A stretch of 64,000 bases of DNA, taken from contig NC_134026.1 in assembly GCF_964204645.1 (NCBI RefSeq), positions 8,021,950 through 8,085,949 of the forward strand. The letters run 5' to 3'. Within the stretch, counting starts at the first letter, position 1; every line of letters starts with the position of its first letter. Below the pieces are notes generated by a model, which saw nothing but the letters and a program-made list of their open reading frames with translations, made no database searches and was not told the origin of the DNA. The stretch comes from Tubulanus polymorphus. Lineage: Eukaryota > Animalia > Nemertea. Shown piece after piece: positions 39,652 to 54,004 of the stretch. The position numbers were made by a program, and so were the translations under genes.

Positions 39652-42600
39652 ATGGCTGCTGTGGTGAGTTGTGAGTGGTTCACGGTCTATTACCGATTAA
39701 TTCTCCTAATTGCCTTGTTGTGTTTTTTATTATGTAGGTGTTAGGAAGAGGTGCTAGTGCAGCTGCTGGTGTAACATCGCAATCTGATGATGAAATAGTG
39801 AACCATTTAAAGAAGACACGCGGTCGAGGTCGCGGAGTCAGACGACAAGTGCAATCTACCCACAATTCACCTAGTTTTAATAGACCAGGTAATCGACGAT
39901 CATACGTCTCATCACCAGGGGGCGCTGCTGTACAGTCTAACGTCTCTTCACCAGGGGGCATTGTTGAACTGACCAAGCTGCCGCGAGAGGGCATTGTTGA
40001 GTCGATAGTACTACCACCAGAGGGTGCTGTTGATTGTACAGTACTACCACCAGAGAGTGCTGTGGATTGTACAATAGGCCTACTGCCACCAGGTGTCACT
40101 AGTGTTAAAAAATCAGTAGATTCAGATACAACAATGGATTCTGATAAAGGTATTTATAATCATTACCGGGCATCTTTAATAAACTAAGCTTGTCTATTAA
40201 ACTAGAGCTAAAGTCTTTAAACCAGGTTTATAATTATTGTCTATAAACTGTCTCTTTTAAAATCAAGTTCCTCTATGAAAACAAGGTTTATAGTCCATAA
40301 ACTAGATCTCTATTAAACAGGGTTAATATGTAATCTTTAGTCTGTAAACTGTGCTTTGTTCATATCTTAAGATACTGGTACATGTGATTCCGATACAGCT
40401 GCTGCTGCTGCTGCTACTGATGTTGGTGATATCAGTACCACAGAAAGTGATACCTCAACCACTACTAACGCAAAGAGACGTGGTTTATATGACATCATAG
40501 TTACGCGAGTTATAGACCCGCATAATATATGGGCACAGTTTGGGCGAGGTATGTACCCCTTTATGGGCAAAGTTTGGGCGAGGTGTGAACCCGGCATTTA
40601 TGGACACAGTTTGGCCAATGTATGAACCCCTTTATAGGCACAATTAGGAGGTAGGAACCCCATTATGAGCACAGTTTGGGCAATATATGAACTCCTTTAT
40701 GGATACAGTTTTGGTGAGATATGAACCCTTTTTGGTCACAGTTTGGGCTAGGTATGAACCATTTTATTGGCACGGTTTAGGTGAGGTATGAACCATTGTA
40801 TGGGCACGGCCTGTTCCTTAATGATTGAGAGATGATATTTCTGTATTTTTCAGATGGAAGTTTGAAACATTTCAGACAGATGGATGATAGCATCAATGAT
40901 TATTGCAGCCAATCGCATTTAACTATTCCTAATATGGATGCTATACGCATACATCAGTTGGTTTTTGCGTTTTCGTCAATTACTCAGAAATGGCACCGAG
41001 CAAGTGTTATTAGAGTTGACAGGTGCGTTATATTAAGACTGCTGCTGATTGCCTCCGATTCCCACTCTTATTGCCTCTGATTCTTACTGATTCTCGACGC
41101 TGCGACTCTTTGTTCCGTAGTGAAGTTGAAGAGATTGATGTGTATTTCATCGATTACGGTAATAATGAAGTAGTCAACGTAGATGAGATAAGAACTCCGA
41201 TACCCGAAGTTTACAGCGTACAACCTGGTTTAGCTTACATGTGTAGACTCAACGGTGTTCAACCGGTAAGTGTGCGTTCTGTCGCTACCAGTGCCGCTGC
41301 TGCTGGTGCCGCTGCTACTGGTGCCGCAGCTGCCCCCTTGTCATAATATTTCTATAATTTTCGCTCTCTAGTTGGCGTCAGTTTGGATTCGTCGCGCGAC
41401 TGAACAGTTCAGATCGTTGGTTCTCAATAAAACGGCTCAAGCCTCATATTGTATGAAAGACAACACGATATACGTCAATATATTCGTTACGTAAGTTACT
41501 CTAGCCTACATTTATTGATTGATTAACTTAATTACTTATCAACCTACGAATTACTTATCAACCTAACTATTAATTGTTTGTTACTTATAGAATCAATGAT
41601 GAGAAGGTATCTGTAGCTCAGTGTCTTATTGATGATGAATTAGCTATGGTGAGTAAAATGTTCTGTCAGTTATTTATCTCTTTTCTGTTGTTAGAATTGT
41701 TTCTATATTGTTTCGTTACTTACAGCCATCTGAAGATACCGAACTGGTAACCATTGACAACGAAGAAACCGGTAGCGACGATAAACAATCGGAGCAGGCG
41801 TTGTCATCGCCGTGGAAACAACAATTGAAGATATTTAAAGCCAGTTCTATCGGATTAGCGCAATTTAAAATCGACCAGATTCCTAAAAACATGCCATCAT
41901 CATCATCATCATCATCTAACAGCAACAACAATAACCAAGACCATGACCATACCACCGGTATGTATCATTTACTGCACCTCTGGGCTTTCACTGCCTTCAT
42001 GCTTTCTTACTGCGCCCCAGGCTCTCCCTGTGTCCCTGAGCTCAGTGGGCCCTCTTACTGTGCCTGGGCTCATTTAGCTTTTTTTCTGCCCCTCGGGCTC
42101 TCTAACTGTGCCCCCGGGCTCAGTAACTTCTGAATGCACCTACGGGCTCTGTGGGCTCTCTCACTGCGCCTACGGGCTCTGTGGGCTCTCTCACTGCGCC
42201 TACGGGCTCTGTGGGCTCTCTTGCTGTATGCTGTTGATATATTTTCAGATACCGGTAATGAGATTTCACTTGAAGCTCAGATTTTATTCGGTGACATTTT
42301 GACGGATCAGAAAGATTTAGCTGAAGAGACGACACATCATAACGATCAGAGGTCTTTAATCGATAAAATAGAGGAACAAATTCAACACGCTCAACTCGGT
42401 AAATATAAACTACACTCAGTTGCCCCTCAAACCCTCGTTCTGCAGCCCTCGGTATTTACACTCGTCAACTGTGTTTGGTATTTTTAGGGTTTCAAGACAA
42501 ACGCAGAAAGAGAAATTTATCACCAGAAGAAAAAGCACCAGTCAGGTACCAGTACTATACAAACAGACAGACACACACACAGACACACACACACAGACGG

Positions 42601-45600
42601 ACACACACACAGACAGACACACACACAGACACACACACAGACAGACACACACACACAGACGGACACACACACAGACACACACACAGACAGACACACACAC
42701 AGACAGACACACACACAGATAGATAGATTAACAGACAGACAGACACACGGACAGACAGATATAAAACTGAAAAGACAAACACAAAGAGATAGACATGATT
42801 GATAATGCGGTAGGTTAATATTTCTTTGTAGAGAGGAAAATGAAATGATTAAAACTTTGCGGAAGAAATTTCGACATTTGTCAGAAATTGAAATACCGAG
42901 ATTATTCCGACAGGAGATATTCTACATCGAGAACACTATTACTGAGAGTAAGTTTAATCCTCCATTCACATAATAATCCTCCGCTAATCCCTGGTTTAAC
43001 CAATTAATCTTTTTGTAGATGGTCTTGATATCGAGGATATATTCAATGAACGCGACGTGAAGAATTTAGTTCCGATGATCATTAAAAGAGGGCTCTCGCA
43101 CTATGATACCCATTGCATTTCAACCATTCGACTTCTCAAACTCATTCATAGTAACTATCATTCGATTTGGTTTGAAATTTATTTGATTGATTCGAAATCC
43201 AATTGATATTCAATTGATTTGATATTTGATTGATCAGATATTCAATTGATTTTTGATATATGATTGATAAGATATTCGATTGATTTGACATTTGGTTGAT
43301 TTGATATCCGATTGATTTCTATATTTGATTGATGTGATATCCAATTGATTTGATATTCAATTGATTTCATATTTGAATGATTTGATATCCAATTGATTTG
43401 ATTCAATTGATTTGACTTTCGGTTGATTTGATATCCAATTGATTTGATATTCAATTGATTTCATATTTGAATGATTTGATATCCAATTGATTTGATTCAA
43501 TTGATTTGACTTTCGGTTGATTTGATATCCAATTGATTTGATATTTGATTGATTTGTAGCGCATAAACAGTGTAAGGAGATGATAGGAGCGACAATAATT
43601 GATTTAACACATCAATATGTAAAGGTAAGTCTTCCTCCCTTCCCCTTCCCTAATTCTTCCCTCCTGCTATTGTCAGTGAACCTAGCTGTTATTTTTTTAC
43701 AGGTCTCTAAACAGAAATTCCATCAGGAACGAGTTCACAATTTCGTTAAATTCATGGGTGTTCTGTTTGTGAATAGCGCCACCTGGGAGTCTGAGTAAGT
43801 ACTATCAGCTGGTCTCTGCGCGGGATGGCAGATGTTGATAATGATGTTATATCAATATATTTTTTAGAATGCCGATTGCTTGTCACATTCATGATTCAAT
43901 CAAACAAATCATTCTCAAATGGTCTCTTTTCAAGAAATCTGTAAGTATCACTTCCCAATATCATCAAAGATACCTCAATTTCATCAGTGATATCTCAGTG
44001 TTATCAATATATAAACATCATCAATTAATATTTCTATTTGAGATATAAAAAACCGATATCAATTATATCTCAATATCATCAAGGATACCTAAATTCATTG
44101 AACTCTAAGCGAAAGGGAAGGCCAACTCCGTGACGTCACTGTACATTTGTCTTTGCTATCTTCGAAATTGATCAGCGCCCTCACCGGTGACGAAACAATA
44201 GGTTCTGGGAAATATTTTCGCTTCTATGCTCAATTTCATTAGTGATATCATCAATTATATATATCATCAATTAATATTTGAGATATCATCAAAACGATAT
44301 TGTCAATGAAATATGCTATATCGTTCTCTGTCTCTGCAGCAGTCTGATGTTTGTGCGGTTACCGAACTGTATTTAAACAGCCTCGTTCAGATTCTATACG
44401 AAACTCACCACGTTTTCAAACTCATGTTTCACAACGATTTCGAATTCATCCAAAACGAAATCAAGACGAGAATTCTCGACGGTCACATAGTCAGGTAAAT
44501 AACTCCGGGATTATCGTCTGATTACTTAGTATTATCTATCGATGGTGATATTATTGTGATGATATTTTGTAGGAGTTTGAGATCTGCTCTGTTAGACCTG
44601 CTGTTAGATATCTCCAGTAATAAATCCGGTGTCTCGTTCGAAGATAAATCTGTTCAATGTAACGACGCTGTTACTGATTTGGAAGGTACAAAAAGTTTAA
44701 CATTTTCGATCTACTCAGAGCTATCCCTTTCTCCGGTATATGCGGTGGGTGGCTCCGGTATGTAGTAATTTATGTTAATGTATTTTCTAGATGACAGTTT
44801 TGCTGATAATTTGTCGTCTGAAATTCAACCGGATTTTGAACTTGTTTATGACATCTTAAGCAAACTGAATCTTACTTCATTGTATCCGAAATTCATCAAG
44901 TGGGGTTTAGATGTAAGTACCATCCCCTCACAACTCCCCCTCTCCACTCACGATTCCCTCTCACATCTCAATCTTCCCTCACAACTCCCCTCTCCTCTCA
45001 CAGCTCTCAAAATTCATCAAAACGGGTTAAAATGTATGTACTTCCCCTCACAACTCCCAAAATTCATCAAGTGGGGTTTAGATGTACCTCTCCTCTCACA
45101 ACTTCTCCACTCCCCTCATAACTCCCCATCTTCCTCACATCTCCCCCTCTCCCAGCACAACTTCCCCTCTGCCCTCACAACTCCCCCACTCCCAGCAAAA
45201 CTTCCCCTCACAACTCTCCCACTCCCAGCATGACTCCCCTCACAACTCCCAGCACAACATCCATCTCTCCTCACTCTGATATTGTATTTGTGTATTGTAG
45301 GATGGAATAGTGCGTAGTGATAAATATGATCTGGAGACTCTACTACCGAATTGTGGATTCAGTTACATTCAAACATCGAACATCATTAGATACATAATCA
45401 CTAATAAACTGAGACGATACGTTACCGCGACTACCAGCAGCAGACCGTGTATACTGAGCGATGATAGTGATGCGGAGCAGCTCCTGTTGAGAGGAATCGG
45501 TCAGGTATTATCGAGCGATGTAAATCCTGCGGATGGCGTCGTTACTCGCGTCGATCGTTCACCGACGTCCGTTATGAACGTCGACAACAACGAATTCCCT

Positions 45601-46833
45601 CCGTTAGTTACCGTCGATGTTAACCCCTATGGCGGTAACCGTGACGACAGCGATGACGACGGCGCGAGTAGTCCTCCGTCGTCCCCGGCGAGTAGTTTAC
45701 TACAGAATCAATTCGACGTTGATTATCAGGACGCGAGCCTCAGCGTCGTCTGTCCGGATACCGCTAATAAACTATACTCGGAAATGACTAAGCTCAATAC
45801 TCGTCGTAATGACTCTCGCCGGAGTCACTGGGACTCGCGTGATACACAGCACGACTCAAGAAGGAGTCATAAAACTGATATTTCTGGTATGAATCTGATT
45901 TCTAATTTAGTTTCCGATGAAAATCAGAACCGTATCTACGACCAGAATAGAGCTGCAGTAGCGCCACCTACAGTGATTCAATCAACGGCGCAGCCTCCTA
46001 GTGGTGCTAGCGGTACTACTACTGTGTTAACACTACACGATATCAGCAATAGACTCATACAATCATCACCAGCAGTAGAGGGAGCCGTTGCTTCTGCTGC
46101 TGCTGCTGTTGGGAGGAGGCCGAGTGAAGATGATAGTGAGGCTGACTGGTGGGATGCTAAACAATCTCCCGTGAAGCGAAGAATTGATAAAACGTCCGTG
46201 AAATCGCTCGTTTCTGATTGGCTGGCTGAAAAACCTCGTCTAGAAGCAGGTGAGTTAAAACCGGCGTCGGCGAACGAAGAGCAGGAGCAGGATGATATCC
46301 CGGATAGCTCAGAAGAGCAGCACGATAAGCTCGAGGAAGATGTGCCCGATACGTGGGAGGATGCTATTGATACCGATGATATAGTGATAACTGATGATAA
46401 AACATTAGAGGAAACATTTATTGAAGCTGATACTGATGAACATGTTAAGATAATTATTCATGATAAAACAGTCAACTCAACTGTTCGTGAACAGGTGGGA
46501 GGAGTTATCAATGATGGGCAGGTGGGAGGAGGGAGCAATGATGAACAGGTGGGAGGAGTTAACAATAATGAAGAGGGCGAAGTTGATAATCTAAGGGGTG
46601 GAGGGAGTAACTCGGTTGAAGGAGTCAGTAACTCGGAGGGCGGATCTGGTGTTCGACAGTTTATTTTAGATACCACTTTACCACCAATTAAAAGTAGACG
46701 TCAGTTCGGTAAAATAATTCAGGAAGAGCCTAAAAATTTCAGTGGTTTTAAAAGTTCAGGATGTACTGTTTGTGGTGATACGAGACATACTTCGGCTGAC
46801 TGTTTCAATGTAGCTGATAGTCTATTTTTCTGA
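39652..46833 (+). CDS. Tudor-domain protein with MIF4G-like helical region, SAM-like domain and C-terminal CCHC zinc knuckle (multi-exon)
   Basis: Extended Tudor: [57 protein letters not shown]. Later exons [49 protein letters not shown]. The last exon ends [14 protein letters not shown]...FF*. Tudor and CCHC are firm; MIF4G and SAM are motif-level guesses. Confidence 0.75.
42562..42760. repeat. Compound (CA)n/(CAGA)n microsatellite
   Basis: acagacacacacac runs. Confidence 0.95.
43165..43555. repeat. Degenerate (ttgat)n intronic repeat
   Basis: ttgatttgatatccaattgat repeated. Confidence 0.9.
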
Positions 46834-47614
46834 TAATCTGACTCCACCCCTAATTAACCTACCAGTTTGGTTCCGCCCCTCATTGACATACCGGTACCTG
46901 ACCGGTTCCGCCCCTGATTGACATATTTGGCTGGTTCCGACCGTGATTGACATACTTCATACTTGACTGGTTCTGCTCCTGATTGATATACCCTGCTGGT
47001 CCACCCAGGATTGACGTACCTGTGACTTATGTGGTCTAGTGATTTAATCAATTCTTGATATGTCGCAGCTTTCGATGGAAGTAAAAGTCATCAACATGAT
47101 CCCAACTACAATGACTTAAGCAGTGAATTTACTGTTATGTACATTTCTAGTGTGAAAGAAATTGATGTTAAGTTGAATTATTTCTTGTATACAATTTAAA
47201 AAATTCTGAGTTCATATTTCGTAGTTATTTATTTTTGTCTGTGCTAGAACTAAACATTAATTTATAATGTGTAAATAATGCTGATTTTAACTCATTCAGT
47301 CAAGAGATATATAGTTTGTAAATATCATTTATTAACAACTCATAGAGTTTTTGTTGAATTATTCAGCTAGAAAAAGAAGAACTAAATGGCAAAAGTTTAC
47401 AGCAGGTACTACCCGCCTTTATCTTTGTCAAAAGCTTTATTTGCATGCTATAATAATCATCAGTCAAACTTGGTTAAGTCATCATTTGGATGAATCGCCA
47501 CATCGCTTAAGTTGTCCCTAATTTCGAGTCTCAATTTGCAATTCAGTTGAACCTCGTCAATACAGGACGAAACCCGTTCATCGCGATGATTTCCAGCATG
47601 TTCCAGCTAAGATA

Positions 47615-47873
47615 TAGGCTCCGATCTAAGCACTTGTTCGATTGCCCGGGAGAAGTATATTCTCATCAGGGCAAGTAGGTTATCATTATCATTTGTCCCC
47701 CGGGCTAGTGCAATTTTATGACACAAAGCTTTTTTCCCCACTCGATACAACGGTGAATTGTGCCACAAATCGGACTGCTTGTGTAGGTCAAGTAGCTTTT
47801 GGAGGGGGCAAGCGAAATTTCAGATATGCTTGCCCCTCGGGCAAGTGGATTTCATTCCTTAGATCGGACCCTG
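47615..47873. mobile_element. hAT-like MITE; truncated second copy at ~12263-12357
   Basis: Imperfect TIRs taggctccgatctaag...cttagatcggaccctg; the 5' ~90 bp matches cagggtccgatctaag...gggcaagtaggttatcattatca in a CWC27 intron. Confidence 0.7.
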
Positions 47874-48787
47874 AAGATATTTATATCGATCAAACTTTGG
47901 ACGATACGAAAACCGTTTGATATGACAATTTCACTTTTGCTGCAAGATTCGTAATAACGAGGTTCCACTGTACTAAAGTGCAAGTCATCATATGTTTAAG
48001 TTACCAACATAATGATCAGGGCTGCTGCCAACTATTCCTGATTTTCAGTATTTGTTACTTTATGATTACGAGAAATACTAATTTGATTTGTTTGATGCGT
48101 ACAGAAATATCAAAGTTGTTACGGGAGGGTCTTACTGGTTGATTACCGATTAATTGAACATTTTCTTTTATATCGAAATGTTACTGCAAAAACTTCAATT
48201 TGTTACTGATAACACTTTTCTGAGGTTGGCAGTCCTGAATGATTACAACTTAGCTGCAAGTTTGACTGTTCCAAATAAGTAATTCATTATTCAGATTCGA
48301 ATAAAACCTTTTGAGCAATATCAACAGGGTTCGCATTTAATCATATAAAAACCCTGTTCATTGTTTTTGTACGTATTAATTAAAGCATGACTATTAAAAG
48401 GAAAATTTCCTGCAAATGTATTTGTTTCAATTTTCTGTTTTGAGGCAAGCTGCTGATTTACATTTGTTTTTTTACACCAATGAAGGGAGAGGGGAAGGAG
48501 GTTTGAGAGGGGAGGTTCGACTCCTGTTTCATTCCACGTGTTCATTTCCTCTTTTTCTATTTTTAGTTTGATCGAAAAAAAATCTTCAACAGCATCAGTG
48601 AGAACCAGATAATCGTCTGTAATCCTGATAATCCTCTGTTATCTTGAATCATAAAGAATTCAAACTAATTTTTTTGTAACGTCGAAAAAATATTTTATTT
48701 CAAATTCATTAAAAAACATCTATAAATTCAACAGGAGATGTTCATCTCAGAATCACAGTTCAAAACCTCACTCGCCAGGGATTGATT

Positions 48788-51028
48788 CTACTCGGCGTCA
48801 ATAGGTGGCAGTCTAATCGGCGGTGGATTATTAGTCACACGTTTTAACATCGATAATACGCGTTCCCGCGGAAACGATTGCTCACCGCGTGCGGACAATG
48901 AGGAAGTTGAACTAGAAGTAGAGGCCGATGACGACGCCGCCCTATTGACAACCGGTTGAATTAATAAACCCGATTTGAATATAGGCGAGTGTATATCATT
49001 GGTAAGATGCATCCCCGACTCGTTGACGCCGTTTAATATCGATTCCGTTTTACGTTTCGATTCGACGTCTAAAACCGATTTACATTTATACAATACAACG
49101 TCGTCGTTGCCATCGGCTACGCGTTTTAAATTATTCGACATTTCATCGTTGTTGTTTTCGACGTGGCGCAGTTTTAAATTAATCTCTTTATCGGCGCGTT
49201 TTACTCTGGCAAGTGAGTCGGTTACAAATATTTTCGGATTGTGTCGTATATTTAATTCTTTAGGAGTTGAATTATTAAGAGGAAGCATTGTGTATATATC
49301 TCTGGGATACGCGTCTGATAAATTACTGATGTATTGTTTATCGGGTATTTTAGTAGAATGATTCCACACTATCGTATTATAAAACCTCTCGTCATTCTGC
49401 TCCTCATGAGGGTGGGCTCCATCCTGTTCCTCACAAAGGTCTCCTTCCCGATCTGATTTCTCTGATTTTGTCGTAGAGGGCGTTTTAATGTCGTCCGCCG
49501 TTACTATGACGACCTTTTTCTCGCGTAATTCTTCGCTCTTATTGGCCGCTTCCCCGGCCTCCGTAGCTACTACATCCATCTCGGAGATGACCTCAGCGTC
49601 CTCGGTTATGACCTCTTTCTCTGCGGTTACGACCTGGTAACTTTGTTTGTTACTGTTTGGTTTATGGAGGGATTCTTTAAACTGTATTTTTGGTTTTACC
49701 TTAAAATTGAGAAAGTTAATGAGAATTGAACCTTAAGATTTGAGGCCGATTCAATAAAATAAGTTAAATATTTGAATATGTACCGGTTTCTTCTGTTGTT
49801 TGTAACGTTGCTTTTTCTGATCGTTATTCAGCCAATCATCGTACGCCTGTTTACCGTAAAAATGACTCTCATCGTCGTCGGGTTTCACCGTATTTTCTCG
49901 TTCTATTTGATGAAGAACCTGTTGTAGTTTCACTTTGCGCAGTTGATTCATATCAGCGGCGATCAGTGATTTATTATTGTGCCACATTTCATTCGCTAAA
50001 ATCCTGTTCGAAAAAAAAAACAATCACATTACATCGAATTCTCGTGAAAAATGAGGACTTCGAGCAGTTTAGCTTCTGGGCCCGGAATCGCAACTACAGT
50101 GGAACCTCGCTTCAATTACCTTTGATTTAATGATTTATCGTTGATAACAAAACCTAGAATTTCATCCCAAATACAACAATATCAATTAGGCTACAATGTA
50201 CTTTCATACTGGATATAACAAGCTATAGTTATATCCAGTATGAAACATTTTTGTGAAACGGTAGCCCTGAGTTTTTTTAAGTTCAGACCAGTAACAAGAG
50301 TTCTACACACCTGGCACATTTTTTATGCGACCACAGTTTAGCCAGGTCAATAGGTCGATGGTTCCTGTTGTCCACGACATCAATTTTTGCCCCGATTTCT
50401 ATCAATACTTTTAAACATTGTACGTGACCCTCGCTGGCCGCCTGGTGGACAGGAGCAACACCGTCTTCATTTACACTACAAATACACAATAAAAGGCCTA
50501 ATAATGATAATAATTTACTTTCTTGATATATTGATTATCAAAGTAATCTTTGCGTTTTAATACATAAGATTAGAAAATTGAAAATGCAATTCTCTGTGAA
50601 AAACATAACATTGAGATTGTAGATTTGTTTAACAAACATTAAGACAAATAGGTTCGTATAAAAAGATGTGTTTTCATGTTTGATTTAAAAAATTCGACTG
50701 TAGGACTAGATCTAATATGACTAGGCAGAACATTCCTAAGTTCAGGTACAACACCTCACAACATTGAGGGAGCCACCGAGCCGAGAAATAGACGGAGCCC
50801 GACTGGTACTTACACGTCAGGATCTGCGTTGTGTTCTAATAAATAAATCAAACACTTCAAAGATCGTGCACCGGTCTGGTTACTGATACAAAGATGTAGA
50901 GGTCGCCATCCGTTTTTACTGGCTATATTGACGTCCGTGTGATGTTTCTCGATTAGTAACCGCAGACAGTCGATTCTACCGTGTAAAGCTGCTAGATGAA
51001 TCGGGGCTAAACCCTGCATTACAAAATA

Positions 51029-51078
<50 letters not shown>

Positions 51079-52097
51079 TATAGATATCACATACATGCAA
51101 AAGAAAAAATCTATAGACAACAGGCAGCGTTAAACGAACCTGACCCCAGACACTAGCGACCCCTAGACCTAGATTAGTTCCAACCCCTAGTATTAAAGGG
51201 GGTTCTTCGGGTCTCTCCTCATATTTCCAGTTAGTAGAAGCAGTCATTACGTGTGACGGTGGTAGAGAGCGTGAGAAGTCTCCTATGTTGTTAGTGCAGT
51301 GTTGTTTATTATGATCTCAACTGTGAAATACATATATATAGATTATACAGTACAGTACAGTAGTATAGACAGCCTACAGTAAATAGTTCAGTCACGCAAA
51401 CCAGTTCTATTCAATACACCGGTTCAGTATTACTGTAAATAGTAATTACTGCCGGAGAGAATATTCAAAAATAACCTCAAGCTTTCAGTTCAATGTTCTA
51501 TTGTTATTGGGCTCAATGCATTGCTAACCCTTAGTCTAGTACCTAGCCATTGTTCCCCAAACAACCCGTAACAACTAGGCCTATGCTCTATGGGAATGGG
51601 CCGGGCGGCTCTGACTGAGGGGTGAGGTCAATTTGTACAATTTCTATTATAAACTATCATCAAATATTATCACATCTGAAATGTTCAGGGGCCAGCTGCT
51701 CAAAAAGGACAAAGTTTGGTAAGGCCTAGAGTTTACTAGGGTGGATAGTTGACATAAGGTGTCAATTAAAAGTTCATTGTTACGGTATTTATCCACTGGT
51801 TAAACCTAACTTTTGAGTAACAGGCCTGTTTGGGTGTCAATAATTGACACCCCAATTTTCTACCAAGTTGGCACTGGCACTGCACAAGGGCAAGGCAGGG
51901 CCCGGGGGCCACCCCCACTAGTCCCCACCCTGCAACCCCAGCAGGCTAGGCCTACTCACATTTTGATCAAATGTTATCGCTCCTTTGGGGATATTTTTCA
52001 AACTCTGTTGTAACCAGTTGACATCTCCTAAAGCTGCTGACGTGAATTCATCATCTTTTAACGGAATTGTCGTTTTTATGTTGCGTCCTCGACCCAT
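48788..52097 (-). CDS. ANKRD53: Ankyrin repeat protein, ANKRD53-like (multi-exon)
   Basis: MGRGRNIK...DEFTSAALGDVNWLQQSL|GLAPIHLAALHGRIDCLRLLIE...GWRPLHLCI|GVAPVHQAASEGHVQCL...PIDLAKLWSHKKCAR|ILANEMW, then a disordered last exon. Confidence 0.78.
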
Positions 52098-53074
52098 TTT
52101 CTATAAACTCTAACGACAAAAAAAACTGAAATAAAATAATAAAACAGCGAAAAGAAAGAAACGAATAGACGGAGTAAGAATCGATAATTACCATTTAAAT
52201 TCCAAATTTTTAATCATTTACCTGATTTTAATACATGTCACGTATTGATTGGGTCTTTCGGTAATTGTATTTTTTCATATAACTGTCAAAAGATTTGACA
52301 CCTTTCAAAACAAACCTTTACTTCCGGGTCATGTGATGACGCCTTTTTCGCACGACGCGTAAAGGCTACACGTACATATGCCTAACGTTATATGTCTACG
52401 CGTAGTAAAATTGATTTTACGCAAAAATAGATTTTTTGATCCAGCATTCGTTAAATTACGTGTTTGAAATAAAAATTCTCGCTGAAAATGAGTTTTTTGT
52501 TGAAATTTTTGGATGGCCATAAAATACTAACATGCCAAAGGTGGGTTCCAAATACCCGGACCGTCTTGGTGCGCGATCTTTACGCCGTACTCACATGCCA
52601 AAGTAAGTGGCTGAAATAAGGTACCGACTAGTAGCGCCATGGCCAGCCTCACATACCAGTGTATGTTTGAATGAAAACGTTATGTTTATACGATTTTTGC
52701 ACCGTATAAAACTCTGAGAACGCATTGTGGGTTGCCTGTTTTACTCGAGCATGCTATGAAGGGAGAAATTTGTGAAGAGACCGTTTTAGAAAAAAACGTA
52801 CGCATCCGTTGAGGGAACCGGCGACTGAACAAAAGCGCCCCCGCCGGCACGGCTCAGTCCCCGTAGCTGACCGTCAAAATGGCAAACCCTGGCCGCCAAA
52901 CCATGATTGGTCTATTTAACACCACCAGGTCCGATGCTTTCTTGTATATTTCTGACTGAGGAGCCCATCCGCCAAATGAAAACCATCCATCCTCACCATA
53001 GGGTTTTCATTGATTGCCGCTGGCGCTGGAGCACCATGCGCCAACCCTGAGCGCAACCTTCGGATTAGTCATAT

Positions 53075-54004
53075 TAACGGTTGTACCAGAATTATTAACT
53101 ACTGGAAACATATATGTACAGATAGCGACGGAATTGTAAATAGAACACTGAAAGATATCCGGGATGAGGATAAGTTTCATTGTGATTGGAAAGTGTTTTT
53201 GAATGCATTGTTAAAGACTAGCAGAAGCGATGTAGATGTATATAGTAATTTTGTACCGACTTATCTTCCCAACTGTATTAAACATATCCTACAAGAAAGA
53301 TACAAAATATTTTGGAATGATAGAATCAAACAATTTAGTAAACTTCAATGCTTGAGTAATACCGAATCCGAATTTTGCATGGAACAGTACCTGCTACTTA
53401 ATATCCCAAAAATATTTAAATCTGCAATATCCCGACTCAGATTAAGCGCACACTCCCTACTAATTGAAAAAGGGAGACACCTCAATCTAGCAAGAGAGAA
53501 TAGGCTATGTGAAAAATGTAATATTGTTGAGGATGAATTCCACTTTGTTATGCAATGTTCAAAGTGGTCTGACAATAGAAAAACTCTTCTTGAAGAATTA
53601 TATAGAAATTTTCCGGAATGCAGGAGGTCCTCAAGTGAGTGTAAATTCAGAACCATTATGTCAACTGTACAGATGGCGTATAGCCTTGGGAAATTTATAA
53701 AGGCTTCTTGCTAGAGTCAGCTATGTGTATGTATATGACATGATATGACGTTGTTTACTGAATCAGATTTTTTACTTGTACATAGCCTACTCATATGAAC
53801 CGTCTCGGACTATTGAATCCTAGTCATAGTATAGAGAAACTAGTGTATCTGCCTATCTTATCATGTTTGTATATAGACTGCTATAAATTTTATCTGGTTT
53901 TGATATTTACTTATTCTTCTTTGTTTTCCTCTTTATTGTAAAAAGCCAATAATGTCATTTGTATATAACGGTGCAATAAAGATTAAATTGAATTGAATTG
54001 AATT
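53075..54004 (+). mobile_element. 5'-truncated non-LTR retrotransposon (LINE ORF2 C-terminus plus 3' UTR)
   Basis: RLRLSAHSLLIEKGRH..LARENRLCEKCNIVEDEFHFVMQC, a Cys/His motif found downstream of RT domains; AATAAA at 53975 followed by an (aattg)n tail. Confidence 0.85.
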
